Source of the DNA: Azolla caroliniana | Taxonomy: Eukaryota > Plantae > Polypodiophyta | Direction: 5' to 3' | DNA: 64,000 bases | Assembly (NCBI GenBank): GCA_043228905.1 | Contig: JBHGNT010000015.1 | Span: forward strand, 14,260,001-14,324,000 | Shown: positions 24,792 to 38,245 of the stretch, in pieces | How positions within the stretch are numbered: the first letter of the stretch is position 1 | Layout of the letters: the number at the start of each line of letters is the position of its first letter | The notes under the pieces: model-generated | What the model saw: the letters and a program-made list of their open reading frames with translations, nothing else | Database searches by the model: none | Told to the model about the DNA's origin: nothing | Made by a program: the position numbers and the translations under genes

Positions 24792-27700
24792 CTAATCATC
24801 GTCGTTGTCCAGGCCTCTTAGATCCGGTTCGCCGTCATGGCGCTTCTTGAACGCTTTGATCCGCTTCCCCGTCACTGGTATCGCCATCCTCGTACCGTCG
24901 AGTTCCGCCAGGTGATATGTCCCGTTGTCGTTGGTGCTCGTTACCACGTAAGGCCCGAACCACCGCTTTGCAAACTTCCGTGTTGCTCGGTGCTGTTTGT
25001 CGAGGCTGCTGTCGTAGAGTTGCACCCAGTCACCTTCCTCGATGTTCTTTGGTCTGAGCCGGTGCGTTCGGTCGAACCGGGCTTTGTTCTTCATCCTCGC
25101 CGTCTGAAGTCTCTCTGCCGCTCGTTCCACGTCCTCTGGCCTTCGCTCGAGCTACCGTATACGCGCCGCTAGCAGTTCTTCCCGACTCATTTCGTCACTC
25201 CAGTCTACTGTCGCCCAGGAGGAGATCGTCCGTTCCATCGGCATGATCGGCTTATGTCCGAACATGAGTTCTGACGGCATGAACCCGGTTACCGAACTGT
25301 GCATTGTTCGGTCCGCCCACAAGGCATAGGGTAATAGTCGTGGCCAAATCCCGACCTGTCCTTCGCACGCCCGGACTAGCGCTTTGATGATTGGTCCGTG
25401 CTCGCGCTCCACCTTCCCGTTTGCCTCCGGATTGTACGCTGTGGTGAGTGAGAGCTTGACCCCTAACAGGTCGAATAGCTCCTCGGCCTCTTCGGCGTTC
25501 AACTCCCCGCGGTTAGCCACGATCTTCTCGATGCACCCGTACCGGCATATCATGTCCTCGATCAGGAATCGACACACGGCCGCGGTCGTTTTGTTCTGCA
25601 GGGCTCGGCCTTCCACCTAGTTCGTTAGGTCCTCCCGGGCCAGCACCAGATATCGCATCTGCCCTACGCCCATCGGCATCGTCACCAAATCTACCATCCA
25701 TTTGAAGTGGATGGCCGAAGGGTATGTAGGGTGAAGCTCGTCCCGATGTCGGACTATGGAGTGCATCTGAGAGCTCTCACAAGTTGTCACGAACCGATGT
25801 ACGTCCTGGTACAGTCCCGGCCACCAATACTTCCCCTTTACTTTCTCGAACGTGGCCCACGTCCCACGGTGTCCAGCCCAGGGGCTGTCGTGGTAGGCCT
25901 TCAACAATTCCTCCTGTTCCTCCTTCATCGCCACTACTCAGAGCGGGATGCCGTTTCTCTTCTTCGGGTGCTTCCACAAGTATCCGTCCCAGAGAAAGAA
26001 TCGGTACGCTTTCTTCCGGATCCGGTTGGCCTCGTCCCTTGTCCACGATGCGTCCGGCACCATTGTCCTTAAGAATCCCCCAATCTGCAGCCACTCCTCG
26101 TCGTACTTGCTCTCGTTGAAATCGTTAAGCGTCGGAGTGCTTTCCCCCTCGGTTGTTACGTAAGCCGCCTCGAAGAAGTCTACGCCGACTTCCTCGTCCT
26201 CCGAAACCATGCCGCCCTCGTCGTCGAATCGCGCCCTCGAAAGCATGTCGGCCATGGCATTGTCTTTCCCGGAAATGTGTCGTATTTCCGGATCCAGAGA
26301 CTTGATGTACGCTATCCACCTGAGCATTGCCAGGTCCAGGGTTGCGCAACCGGAAACCATGCCGAGGATCGGCAGGCAGTCCGTCTCGATAATCACCTCT
26401 GTCCCGATCAGAGTCTTTATTGGCCTTTACCGCCGAAACGATACCCCAGAGTTCGCGTTTAACCTGGGCATATCCTCGCTGTCGCTCGCTCAGGACCTTC
26501 GCGCCGAACCGGATTGGGAACCAAATACCGTCCTCATCTTCTTGGTTGACGACCCATCCGATCCTGGTCGGACTTGTATCTACCGTTATGTAGATGGGGG
26601 TGCCTTTCTCGTAGACAGCCTTCTGGAGCGCCGGAGCTGTAGCAAGAGCCTCCTTCATTTTTCGGACCGACTCCGTATGCTCGACTCGCCACTCGAATTT
26701 TTGCCCCTTTTTCAGCAACCCGTATAGCGGCTCGGCAACGTGGGCGTAATGCGGGATCCATATGTGGTAGAACGCGCATGCTCCCAAGAACCTCCGTACC
26801 TCCGTACCTCCGTGACCGAGATGGCTTCTACCTTGGCCGGAGACGGTTTCCAGCCATACGCTCCGCATAGATGTCCGACGACCATGATCTCCGATTGCCC
26901 GAAGGCCGATTTCTCCCCGGAGAAGGTGAGCCTCGTGTCCTCTAGCCTCTGCAGCACCCGCTCGCAGTCGTCAATGTGTGTCGCCACGAATTTCCGGCAT
27001 CCGTCCGGTCCGATCGTTTCGTCCTTTTCCTCCACCGGACTTCCCTTGATCGGGATGTCATCCAAGAATGGCATGGTGATGTCCGGGATACAATTCCTCA
27101 GCACCTTGTTCATCGCATTCACCATGTGGGCCACCGAGTTCGTCCCTCCTTGTGGCAGGGTACACATCCGCACTAGGCCGAGAGGAGTCCGCATCGTCGT
27201 AATGTCTCTGCTTTCTACGGCTAGTTGGAACTGATCGTACCCCGAGTATAGATCACCGACCGAGTAGATCAACCTTTCGGCGAAGGCCTCCGCGAACTCG
27301 TCTATCGTTGGTCTGATTCCTGCGTTCCGAATGGTCACTCTGTTGACCGGTTGCAGGTCTTGAATGAAGCGCAAAGTCCCGTTCTTCTTCGGTACGGTAA
27401 ACCACTGGTTCGAGTACGGGGCACTCGACGGTTCGAGGATGCCCATATCAACTTTCTGCCTCAATAGCTCCATCAGCTCCGGGATGTGAGCTCTCGGTAC
27501 CGAAATTGGTTTGAGATTCCACGGCACATGCGGTACCGTGAATATCACCATCGGCTTCACGACTACTGGGTCTACGCACCCGATCTCTCCCGGCGAGAAT
27601 GCGAAGGCTTTCCCGTGCCTTCCGAGCATTCTCCGAAACCGGTCTTCATCCGCCGGCAGTAGGAACCCGCCCCCACCGATCTTGAGCTCCCGTAGCATTC

Positions 27701-28099
27701 TGTCGGTGAAGGCGTGCCCTATGCAGGCCGGATCTCGTAAACTGGGGTCCGACGCGACCCCCTTGATTCGTAACTCACCGCCCTCCGGTAAGGGTGCCGC
27801 GACTGGCCTCACCTTCCGGTCCACAGTCTTGTACTTCGTGTTAACCCGGGCCGTCCTCTCCGACTCGAGCCCTCGACTGAAGTCCGCGATGACTTCGTAC
27901 ATTTCTTCGGAACAAACTGGTATCGTCCGGTCCTCTTTAAGGCCCTCTTCGACCATCCCTCGCAGTATTCCCAAGGTATCGTCGAAGGAGACCGCCTCTA
28001 TGGCTCCATTGATTTCCTCGCTGGGCCCGAGAACTCTGCACGCCCGAAGTCGCTCTTCCGCCCTTGTCTTTTCTCGGCCTACGACGCCGACTATCGTAC
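24792..28099 (-). pseudogene. pol: Element D RT-RH-INT (disrupted)
   Basis: ORFs 26712-28226 (FLDD), 26125-26868, 25938-26396, 25617-25934, 25152-25616, 24792-25130. Confidence 0.93.
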
Positions 28100-29019
28100 T
28101 GTTATGTACACATAACGTTGGTGAGGGTAGGTCACTAATATTTACATTAGTGAAGGGTATGTTCACTATTATTAAAAAGGGGACTAATGAATGGATAGAA
28201 TGAATGATATGTGCATGCACTATCATGATTTAGACAACCAATGAATAGAGAGCCTTTTAGAAAGGCACATCTATTCAAGGGGCCTAGGAAAAGGTATAAA
28301 TATGAGGCTTAGCTACCCTCATAGGAACCATCACGTCGGAAGGCTGCTGGCGTAGACACCGGTGGTGCGGGCTAGGCTTTCGTCTCGACGATCGTGTTTA
28401 TCTCTTCCAAGGTATTAGTCATCCTAATATCCGGCGGTATGGGACGTCGGTGGTAGGTTGGCTATGTCTAGATCATAGCTCGGGGGTGGTCGGGTCGAAC
28501 GGGTTCTTCTATCCAATCTATTTTCTTCCTTTTTACTTGATTTGGTCTATTGATTAGTAATAGACTCTTAACAGTGGTATCAGAGCTTTTACTAACAATT
28601 TTTTGTTGTTTTGATGTTTTTTGCGTGTGAGCGAGGGGGATCTAACAAGGCTCGTCATGCTCTTCTCAGGATCAAAACAACACTCTAAACCCGGTATTCT
28701 TCTTTTTTGATCTCTTCTCTTTTTCTATTATGCGTTCTTTATGGTTGAATCAAATTGGTATTACGTTTTATTCTTTTTCTTTCTACCTCCTACTACGCTA
28801 CGATTTTACTTATTATTATGCATCGGGCCGAGCGTGTTTGCACTAATCGCACACGCTCAACTCATGGCCTTTTGCATATTGTGATATATATCCCACTCTC
28901 TCCTCCCTTGAACTCTTACGATAATAATTATTCTTGTGCATTGGGTCGAGCGTGTTTGCTCTAATCGCACACGCTTATCTCATGGACGTTTTGCATATGA
29001 TGTTGAGTATACCACTCTT

Positions 29020-29345
29020 CCCCTCTATTGAGCCATCACTTGGCCGATTCTAAGGGATGATGTGGCCTTGACGAGGGGTATGTTGCCTACCTATGCCACT
29101 CTACTCTCTATTAAGCCATCAATTGGCCGATTCTATGGGATGTTGTGGCCTTGACAAGGTATATGTAGCTTACATATGCCACTTTCCTTTTTAATTAGCC
29201 ATCAATTGGCCGATTCTAAGGGATGATGTGGCCTTGACGAGGTATATGTCACTTACCTATGCCACTTTCCTCTTTAATTAGCCATTACTTGGCCGATTCT
29301 AGGGATATGTGGTGGTCTTGAGGAGGTGCATGTCAACTACCCTAG
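29020..29345. repeat. 83-bp tandem repeat x4 in the 5' leader of E
   Basis: GCCAT(C/T)A(C/A)TTGGCCGATTCTA at 29032, 29115, 29198 and 29281. Confidence 0.92.
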
Positions 29346-30327
29346 GGTTTCGTATCTTAGGGCATGTTTGATTCCATACACCTAATTGTTGATTATTCTA
29401 ATTAAATTTTAATTTCATAAGTATTGTTTCACTTATATGATTTTCTAGTAATTATTATTTACCCGCCCACAATTAACTCTCCTTTTTCCACTTCCTTTTC
29501 ATGTATAAAGTATTTACATCGTTTATTTTAATGTAACCTTTACGTGTAGACTAATTTTTCGTATGGAGTGGCTTGTTGAACGATTTTTTTTTTCAACGGG
29601 TCATCTAGGTTTAACTCTTATCATCAAGCCTTAGAAAACGAGTAAAACCATATGAGTTCCCTTATTGATGTTTTACTCATGGATTGAGTATTACATCTTT
29701 GCGCACAACACCGTCATCACTTGTATCAATTTGTGGCTTATGTCACAATTGTGCAAGTTATAACAATCATATTGGGATGTATATGTGCATACCTTGCACT
29801 TCCCATTTATTTGTGACATTGTTTTTTTTCGTAGGTAACACATGGGTTCTTTTTTTTTTACCCTTGTTTTCGTCACTACTTAACTCTTATGAGTAGTGCC
29901 TTATTTTATCATTTTATCATCACATTTGCTTATTGCTCGCAAGACTAGAATATTACTTGTGAGTGCACTTGTTTTTTCACGTAATACACTTTCTCGACCA
30001 TATAATACATGATGGGTTGGCATTAATATAAGGCTATCTAGGAAATTTCATTGATGTAAGAACCATGGTTGAGCCTCGGGGAGCCGCCATGATTACTCAA
30101 GATAGAGATCCGAGAAATACATCTTAGCTATGTTTTCCCCCATGGTTTTTAAAACACCATAGTGTTACCATAGTTATCGGATCTCGAATCACATCTCATA
30201 TGTCTAGAGGGGTAAAGACATGAGATACTTTCTTGGATAAAGTTCTTTCAATCACAATTTCAAGCATTCATTTTGCTTGGGTATTTTCTGAACCTCCTTA
30301 TTTTATTGCATACCCACAGCGTGCATC

Positions 30328-31746
30328 ATGGAACAAGTTTTGAACGCAGTTGGAACGATCTCTCCAAATGAGACCTCTCAACCCCAATCCGCATCTCGCA
30401 CACAAGCTGAGATCACTATTGAGCAATTGCTCACTACTACCTTGAATCAATTGGCCGAAATGAGACAGGCCAATATGGCATTGGAAAAGAAATTCCAAGA
30501 ATTAACTATTGAGTCCAAGAAAGAAGGTGAACCTTCCTTCGTAGTCACGCCTTTCAAGGGAGATAAGAAAGAAAGAACCGAGGAGGCTATTAGCACTTGG
30601 CTTGGTCGTTGGGAGTCTCACTTTGAGCTTCATCCCAAGCCCGATGCAGTAAAAATTGGTTATGTCGGTCGTGAGTTAGGTGGCCGAGCTGCTGCTTGGT
30701 GGCGTGGCCTAAGGACCGCAAAAAACTTACCCACAACTTGGGAAGGTTTCGTTGATGTTTTTAAGAAACAATTCTTGCAGCCACCTTCTCAAACCGAACA
30801 AGCGCAACACTTGCTCACATTGTCTAGTAAGCCATTTACCTCTCTCGAGGATTATGTGCATCACGCTCGGACCCAGATCCAAAAATCGGGACTTACGGGT
30901 GAGAAATGGTTTGTCGCTTGTTTTTTGAATGGTATTCCCAATGGGGATTATCATTGGATTGTCCATGACAAGGACCCCACAACTTTCGAGGAAGCCATCA
31001 ACATTGTGCTGCGATACCATAGGACTTCCAAGAAAGACCACAATAAACCTGAGTTCGCCAAAACTCCGAATGTCAAGTTCATTGGGAAACGTAAGCAATC
31101 CAGTGACACTCTTGACCGCGACTCAAAGAAACCGAACCTCTTCTGTGCATATTGCAAGAAGCGGGGCCACACAAAGGATACTTGTCGTCGTCTTGAGAGG
31201 AAGTCAATGAACACCCCTCCTGAAGACAAATCTACGAGTCACACAGGTGAGTCTTTTGATATTGTTGAAGTTCATACCAATCACTTAAGTTTATGTGAAT
31301 GCACTTTTCCTTCACATTTACTTGGACCTAATGATTTACTCCGAGCAGTCGGATATATCAATGGAACACAAGCACATTTCTTGTTTGATTCCGGTAGTTC
31401 TCACAATTTTCTTAATGATCACTTTGTGCAGCAAATGGAGCTCCACATAAATGCAAGTGATCATATCTATCAAGTTCACATGGCAAATGGAAACGTTCAA
31501 TACATCGGTGGCATTGTTTGTCAACTGCCAATTCAAATAGATACTTATTTGGAGAAGCTTGACTTTCATGTTATGAAATTACAATCCGCAGATGTCATTT
31601 TAGGATATCCTTGGTTTTTAATAAAAACCCTTCTTTGTCCATTGATTGGGTTAATCACTCAATCACATTTGAACTTAATAATTGTAAACATTTTATTCAA
31701 TGTTCCAAACTTCCTTCTCATTCACTTGTGTCTTCTAAATCTTTAA
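30328..31746 (+). CDS. gag: Element E Gag plus aspartic protease (leaves the Pol frame at ~31620)
   Basis: Retrotrans_gag-like [40 protein letters not shown]. Confidence 0.92.
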   Translation: MEQVLNAVGTISPNETSQPQSASRTQAEITIEQLLTTTLNQLAEMRQANMALEKKFQELTIESKKEGEPSFVVTPFKGDKKERTEEAISTWLGRWESHFELHPKPDAVKIGYVGRELGGRAAAWWRGLRTAKNLPTTWEGFVDVFKKQFLQPPSQTEQAQHLLTLSSKPFTSLEDYVHHARTQIQKSGLTGEKWFVACFLNGIPNGDYHWIVHDKDPTTFEEAINIVLRYHRTSKKDHNKPEFAKTPNVKFIGKRKQSSDTLDRDSKKPNLFCAYCKKRGHTKDTCRRLERKSMNTPPEDKSTSHTGESFDIVEVHTNHLSLCECTFPSHLLGPNDLLRAVGYINGTQAHFLFDSGSSHNFLNDHFVQQMELHINASDHIYQVHMANGNVQYIGGIVCQLPIQIDTYLEKLDFHVMKLQSADVILGYPWFLIKTLLCPLIGLITQSHLNLIIVNILFNVPNFLLIHLCLLNL

Positions 31747-34730
31747 GTGAGTATTCTAGTTCATTAATTTATTCGTGTGTAATTGATCCTGCGGTTCAAT
31801 TTTATTATTTTAATATTGACGCCACACAATTACCACATTTTGAGCAACGATTACTCGACTCTATTTTAGAGGATTTTCAAGATGTGTTTCCTACTGAATT
31901 ACCGCTTACTTTACCACCTAAACATAATGTGGACCATCAAATTGAACTCATCCCTGGGGTTGCTCCTGTGAGCATTCCACCTTACCGACTTAGTCGATTA
32001 GAAGAGGATGAGATCGCTAAACAACTTAAGGAATACTTGAGTATGGGCCACATTAGGTATAGTAAATCACCTTGGGGTGCGCCAGTTCTATTAGTCAAGA
32101 AGAAGGAAGGTTCGTGGCGAATGTGTATCAATTATCGCCGTTTGAATAAAATGACAATTAAGAATGCATATCCATTACCTCGTGCCGATGATTTGATTGA
32201 TCGTTTGCACGGGGCTCGATATTTTACGAAAATTGACTTACGAACTGGTTATCATCAGATTCGCATCGCCGAGGATGATATTCCTAAAACCGCTTTTCGT
32301 ACGCGCTATGGCCATTATGAGTTTTTAGTCATGCCATTTGGGTTGACTAATGCTCCAGCCACATTCCAACAAGCGATGAATGATGTTTTCCGAGATCAAC
32401 TCGGTGATTTTGTTGTCGTCTTCTTGGATGATATTTTGATATATAGCCGTACCTTGCAAGATCATGTTCAACATGTTCGATTTGTTTTGCGAAAGTTGCG
32501 TGACAACTCTTTCTATGCAAAACATTCAAAATGTGACTTCTTCCAAAAATCTATTGTGTACCTAGGTCATTTAATTACAGAAAATGGCGTTGAAATTGAA
32601 CCTTCTCGTATTGAAAAGGTTAAACTTTGGCCCATTCCTCGTAATATTCGTGAACTTAGATCATTCTTAGGGTTTGTTGGATTTTTACGAAAATCAATTC
32701 GTAACTATTCCAAATTGACTACGCCATTAACTGACCTTTTAAAAGGTCATCCACGTAAGTCTGTCAAACCAATTTCATGGAATGAACAACTTGACAAATC
32801 ATTTGAGACACTCAAGGAGCATGTGTGTCAGGCTCCCACTCTTCTATTACCAGACCCTTCTAAGCCTTTCTCAATTGAAACCGATGCTAGTGATTATGCT
32901 ATTGGTGTCGTTCTTTATCAAGGTGGTCACCCTATTGCTTTTGAAAGTAAGAAGCTTGATGCTGCTCAATCTCGGTATTCGGTTCAAGAGAAAGAGTTGT
33001 TTGCGGTGATACACGCACTTAAAACATGGAGGCACTATCTCTATGGAAATAAATTTGTGGTTACAACAGACCATCAATCATTAAAGTATTTTTGTGACCA
33101 GCCCGATCTTGTTGGTCGTAAAGGCTGTTGGGCTGACCTTATGCAAGATTTTGATTTTTCCATACGATATCGCAAGGGTTCTATGAACACCGTTGCTGAT
33201 GCTCTTAGTCGCATTAAAGAAGTTAACATGCTTAGCTTCACGGAAATAAAATCTGATCTTTTAGATCACCTTCGAGGGAAATACCTTGATGACAGTTATT
33301 TCTCAAAATACTGGACGAAAGCCGAATCTGGTTTAGATGCCGATACTAGCACCCTACCCTCGAAGGCGACCTTTCACATTACAAACGGTTTGCTCTACCG
33401 TAGTGGAAAGGTCTGTGTTCCAGATTTACCAAATGTTAAACAGAAAATTTTTCATGAATGTCATGATGCACCATCTGCTGGTCATCCTGGAATACAACGC
33501 ACACTCGTTCTCATCTCGTGTACTTTTTTCTGGCCTAAGATGCGCTCTGACGTGCATAAATACGTAACTCAATGCTTACAATGTCAGATTAATAAGTCGG
33601 AACGCCTTAAAGCTGCTGGTCTTTTACATCCCTTAGATATTCCCAACAATAAATGGGAAAGTATCTCGATGGATTTTATTGTTAGTTTACCTCGTACACA
33701 GAGGGGTCATGATGCCATATGGGTTGTCGTTGACAGGCTAACAAAATTAGCTAGATTTATTCCTACAAAAACCACGGTAACCGCTCAACAGTTGGCTTAT
33801 CAATTTGTTGATGAGTTATTTCGTTTTTATGGATTACCAATGGATATTGTTAGTGATCGAGATTCCAAGTTTACTAGTGACTTTTGGACTCAGGTCTTTA
33901 AGAAACTAGAAACTACGTTGAGCATGAGTTCCGCAGATCATCCTCAGTCTGATGGACAAACTGAACGAGTTAATCAAATTATTGAGGACATGCTTCGAGC
34001 TTATGTAGCAAAAACCCCTTCTAAGTGGGAGCAATACCTTCCTATCTTAGAATTTGCCTATAATAGCTCTAAACATACATCCACTGGATATAGTCCTTTT
34101 ATGTTGATGTATGGTTTTCAGCCACGTGCCCCAGTTGATGTCACGATTCATCGTGATACATTAGACAGTACACGCAATTTTTTGCAAGACATGAACCAAA
34201 TGTTGCATATTGCCAAAGAAAATGTCAAGACAGCTCAAGATCGTGCTCGATTTTATGCTGATCAGGACAGACGCCCTCGTGCATTTACTATTGGTCAAAA
34301 AGTTTTTTTGCGTGTCCCGACTGATTCTACGTCATTATCTACGGGCAAGTGCGCTAAGTTAGCCCCACGATATTGTGGCCCATTTGAAATCCTTAAGCGA
34401 GTTGGGTCATCTGCTTATCACCTTGCCTTACCTCGTAACGTTGGTATTCATCCTGTTTTTCACGTCAGTCGTCTAAAACCATTTTTAGGCTCTGGTGATA
34501 ACACCATCACAATCCAAGATCTTGTAACATTAGAGGATTTTTCTTACAAACCTCATGTTCCTGAACGAATTCTTGATTCTCGTACTAAACGTTTACGTTC
34601 TAAAGAGATTCGGCTATTCAAGATCAAATGGATGGATAAACCTATTGATGATGCCACATGGGAATGCGAGCATTCGCTTAAGGCACAATTTCCTCACTTT
34701 ATATTGCAAGAGTGCAATCTTTTGAAGTAG
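31611..34730 (+). CDS. pol: Element E RT-RNaseH-integrase-chromodomain, uninterrupted
   Basis: 1039-aa ORF: [27 protein letters not shown]...KW...ATWE. Confidence 0.96.
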   Translation: MVFNKNPSLSIDWVNHSITFELNNCKHFIQCSKLPSHSLVSSKSLSEYSSSLIYSCVIDPAVQFYYFNIDATQLPHFEQRLLDSILEDFQDVFPTELPLTLPPKHNVDHQIELIPGVAPVSIPPYRLSRLEEDEIAKQLKEYLSMGHIRYSKSPWGAPVLLVKKKEGSWRMCINYRRLNKMTIKNAYPLPRADDLIDRLHGARYFTKIDLRTGYHQIRIAEDDIPKTAFRTRYGHYEFLVMPFGLTNAPATFQQAMNDVFRDQLGDFVVVFLDDILIYSRTLQDHVQHVRFVLRKLRDNSFYAKHSKCDFFQKSIVYLGHLITENGVEIEPSRIEKVKLWPIPRNIRELRSFLGFVGFLRKSIRNYSKLTTPLTDLLKGHPRKSVKPISWNEQLDKSFETLKEHVCQAPTLLLPDPSKPFSIETDASDYAIGVVLYQGGHPIAFESKKLDAAQSRYSVQEKELFAVIHALKTWRHYLYGNKFVVTTDHQSLKYFCDQPDLVGRKGCWADLMQDFDFSIRYRKGSMNTVADALSRIKEVNMLSFTEIKSDLLDHLRGKYLDDSYFSKYWTKAESGLDADTSTLPSKATFHITNGLLYRSGKVCVPDLPNVKQKIFHECHDAPSAGHPGIQRTLVLISCTFFWPKMRSDVHKYVTQCLQCQINKSERLKAAGLLHPLDIPNNKWESISMDFIVSLPRTQRGHDAIWVVVDRLTKLARFIPTKTTVTAQQLAYQFVDELFRFYGLPMDIVSDRDSKFTSDFWTQVFKKLETTLSMSSADHPQSDGQTERVNQIIEDMLRAYVAKTPSKWEQYLPILEFAYNSSKHTSTGYSPFMLMYGFQPRAPVDVTIHRDTLDSTRNFLQDMNQMLHIAKENVKTAQDRARFYADQDRRPRAFTIGQKVFLRVPTDSTSLSTGKCAKLAPRYCGPFEILKRVGSSAYHLALPRNVGIHPVFHVSRLKPFLGSGDNTITIQDLVTLEDFSYKPHVPERILDSRTKRLRSKEIRLFKIKWMDKPIDDATWECEHSLKAQFPHFILQECNLLK

Positions 34731-35292
34731 GGGAGTATGTTATGTACACATAACGTTGGTGAGGGTAGGTCACTAATATTTACATTAGCGAAGGGTATGT
34801 TCACTATTATTAAAAAGGGGACTAATGATTGGATAGAATGAATGATATGTGCATGCACTATCATGATTTAGACAACCAATGAATAGAGAGCCTTTTAGAA
34901 AGGCACATCTATTCAAGGGGCCTAGGAAAAGGTATAAATATGAGGCTTAGCTACCCTCATAGGAACCATCACGTCGGAAGGCTGCTGGCGTAGACACCGG
35001 TGGTGCGGGCTAGGCTTTCGTCTCGACGATCGTGTTTATCTCTTCCAAGGTATTAGTCATCCTAATATCCGGCGGTATGGGACGTCGGTGGTAGGTTGGC
35101 TATGTCTAGATCATAGCTCGGGGGTGGTCGGGTCGAACGGGTTCTTCTATCCAATCTATTTTCTTCCTTTTTACTTGATTTGGTCTATTGATTAGTAATA
35201 GACTCTTAACACGTACACCCTCCGTTGTTGGAGAAACAAAACTTCCTACTTATGGTACAAGGATTCTTTGGTTTCGCTTCTACCGTACATTT

Positions 35293-35358
35293 GTGGGGTT
35301 TTCCCGGAGTGTTCGGACTATCACGGCCCCACGCCTTGGCAACCCTCTCTAAAAATCC
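35293..35358 (-). promoter_or_regulatory. Predicted -1 frameshift cassette of D
   Basis: GGATTTT-TAG; stem 1 GGGTTGCCA/TGATAGTCC (1 mismatch); loop GTGGGG pairs with CCCCAC; -1 frame open into RT once E is removed. Confidence 0.78.
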
Positions 35359-37430
35359 TCTCGGTTCTCGCCACAGAGGGATTCGCGGTTTCGCTCGTGG
35401 ATGGGTCGTACCGTCAGGAACTGGACCGAATGACGCCCGTCCTGACTCTTGACCCTCGCGTAAGCCAACCCGTTGTCCAGGACCTTGGTCTCCATTCGTG
35501 CCGCCGTAATGTACGGTTCCCCTAGAATGACCGGGTGCGAGGACGTTTCCTGCACAAAGAAGTGATGGTCTATTTCGACGTCGCCGATCTTGACTCGCAC
35601 GTTTGGGCAGGTCCCGTGTAGTTCCTCGGTGGCGCGCGTCGCCGCCCGTATCTTCCACCCGTGCTTAGTGTTGATCGGCCATTTCCCCTTTTTGTAGAAG
35701 TCCATGGACATAAGGTTTATTTCCGAACCGTGGTCCACCAGTGCCACCACCGGTTCCTGAACATCTCCGATCTTCACCGAGGTTTCCGTGGTCGCTCGGG
35801 CCCAGTGTGGCCTCGAATAGTGGCTCTCCGCCCACTCGTCTTCCAGCGCCATGTCCTCTATGTGCGCCGTCCGCACTTCCACCGGCCATTCCGGTTCTGC
35901 CTCCGTCGACAGCCTCTTCCTCTTCACCAAGTCCATGATGGAGTCGTGGAACTCCTTGTTGGCTATCCTGAGCACCTCTCGCAACGATAGTTCCACCTTG
36001 CTGTCGAGGATTCGTTCTTCCAGGACCTTTCGTAGGTCTGTGGTCCTTTCGATCTCCGTGCCCAATCGGTATCCGCCCTTCTTGTGGTTATCCCGGGCAC
36101 TGGACTCACCGGCCTCGTTCCGTTTCGGCCCGAATCGGGTTTCGTATCTCTGTGAGGGTCTGGCCCCTCCGTTTTTACCTACCCGTTTGTCTTCAACCAG
36201 AGTCTCGTAGTTCTAGCAAGCTGCTTCGATGAAACCCGTCTTTTCTTGGACTGGGTCACTCCACCCGGTTACCTCCTGGACCCACTTCTCCGCGCGGTCC
36301 GCCTCGTCTCTCTTCAGTCGGGCACCGGCGAGGCCTTCCAGCACCGTCGGCCAGAACTCGGCTTTGCTCTCCTTCCGGGCCCCGCTGTCCCCGACCCGAA
36401 TACCGGCTGATGCTGAGTAGTGGACGGTCTCCGCGTGCCGGGCTGCCGCCTCTTCCATCAGCCTTTTCATTCCTCCTCTCCCGTTGTTTCGGTTAAGGGC
36501 CCTCCGGGTATTGCTGGCGTGCACCCGACCTTCCCACAGGTACACTACCCAGCTTCTCAAAGCCTCCATAAAGTCCCCACAGTCTTTCCGGATGTGGCCG
36601 ACCTCGTCGCACCACATGCACCTACTTCCTGCCGGAGGTCGTCGGTCACGAGCTTGATCGCCGCCTTCCCTCCGAGCCTAGGCGATCTAGAGATCCTTTA
36701 CGGCTCGTGTCAACTCCTCCAAAGCTGTTCCCCTGGACGAGCCTCTGATCACGCCGGTCGAAGATGAACCAGTTTCGAGCCACTCCCGGGTCTCTTCCCT
36801 TCGTGCCTGCGGTATCGGTTCGAGCTTCCTTGCTGCGACAGGTCCCGCCCCAGTCGCCTCTGTATCAGCCCACTACCACCGTTTGTCAAAACGGCCGCAG
36901 ACTCTCTTTACCGCGGCCCAGTCGGTCGTAAGCTCGTCTTCGGTTTCTAGTAAGGAGCCAACTTGCCCCCAATCCCGTGTGTCAACCGATTTGACAAACA
37001 GTAGGACACGACTTGTGTTCAGAACGGTCCGATCGAGCGCCGAAAGGCGCGCAAAGCGTTCCTCAAACTCCCGGAGGAGTACCGACGCATTTCTTCCTTT
37101 GTTGGGGGACTCCACCCACTCCATGAAGCTCCGCTTCGAAAGTCGAAGCGCGTCATCCAAACCGTATTTCTCCAGGAGCCGTCCTTCGAACTCTTCCCAG
37201 GTCCGGCTCTCTGCCTGGACCTCTAGCACCTCCGCATGGATGCCCGACATCGCCACTCGAGGAAATCCGGCAAGACGCCTCTCTTCCGGAATATCCCTCA
37301 TCAACATCTCCGCCCGGTAGGACGCCAAATAACTCGTGGCATCCTTTCCACTGAACCGGCCGATCATACCGACGATCGCCTCAATAGCCCTGTCAAGGGC
37401 GCCGGTGCCCTCGCGCGCGCTCACTATCTG
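35349..37430 (-). pseudogene. gag: Element D Gag-protease
   Basis: ORFs 36873-37424, 36213-36617 (knuckle), 35349-36065 (VDHGSEIN...EDF*). Confidence 0.9.
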
Positions 37431-37450
37431 GTCAACACTAGTCTAATGGT

Positions 37451-38245
37451 ATATAAAATAAGCCTAATGCATACAATGACGTGCAAGTAAAGGTTTGAAC
37501 CTTACACCTCTAAGATAGGAGGCAATTCATATACCATTAGACTAGGTTATTTCCTTTTTAAAATTTATTTTCTTCATTCTACTTTTTACAGCAACTATTA
37601 GTACATGAGAGCTTGGATGAGGTACATGGTCATCATGCATCGCATGTGATGCATGAGCGTGAAATGGCAATCATGCATTTCATGCATTGTATGCATGTAC
37701 TACACCCTCACATGCACATATGCATGGGGGCATCTATATAAGAAGGAGAGGAAAGGAAAGGAAATGAAGTAATGTATGCAATTAATAATAATTAATAAAT
37801 CTTAGTTATCTCATTGGCAATGTGTCTTGTATCTCAACTTCGAAGTCAAAAGTTCAAACCGGGACTTCGTCCTGTGCATATCAATTTATCTTTAATACTT
37901 CTCACATGAGCTAGTCCTTCCTTCGTTCCATTGTCCTGAACGATCCTTTCGATCCATCATCACTTGTGGATAGAGGCCGATGCTTGTCTGCGCACGTGTA
38001 ACAAGCACATCTCGACGTTTGGCACGTGCTTCATGACATCTTTGTGGTGCGGTAAATATTTTCTCAATCTCTCTCTCTCTCTCTCAGTCAACCCACACAA
38101 GCATCTTCGACAACAAGAGTGACCCGATTGAAAACCTAAACGATGGTTGATTCCTTACAAGCACAAGTCAGCCGATTCATCCACCTTGGTCAAAGACCCC
38201 GGTGGTCCCGTTCAACCGACCCCGCAAACGTGAATTTCCACGACA
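37451..38245 (+). repeat. Element B 3' LTR, missing its first ~155 bp
   Basis: Aligns to ~11817-12617; followed by TSD ACGC. Confidence 0.9.

Larger units (their letters stand above)
28100..35211 (+). mobile_element. Element E: very young chromovirus (Ty3/gypsy with chromodomain)
   Basis: 474-bp LTRs 28100-28573 and 34738-35211 with 2 differences seen; TSD CGTAC; Met PBS 28575-28586; PPT 34725-34737. Confidence 0.98.
24032..37437 (-). mobile_element. Element D: GC-rich tRNA-Trp-group Ty3/gypsy; 3' LTR 24032-24679, 5' LTR and PBS deleted; hosts E
   Basis: LTR TGTCGCG...CACGACA with PPT at 24680; pol 24792-28099 and 35212-35352; Gag-PR 35349-37430; left flank ACGT. Confidence 0.92.
11660..38245 (+). 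mobile_element. Element B: tRNA-Trp-primed Ty3/gypsy hosting C, D and E
   Basis: 5' LTR 11660-12617; PBS 12624-12641; 5'-truncated 3' LTR ~37451-38245; 4-bp TSD ACGC (11656-11659 / 38246-38249). Confidence 0.9.

Noticed and set aside
31608-31630. Programmed frameshift in chromovirus E
   Set aside because: Single copy, imperfect heptamer and no clear stimulator; a 1-nt homopolymer deletion is simpler
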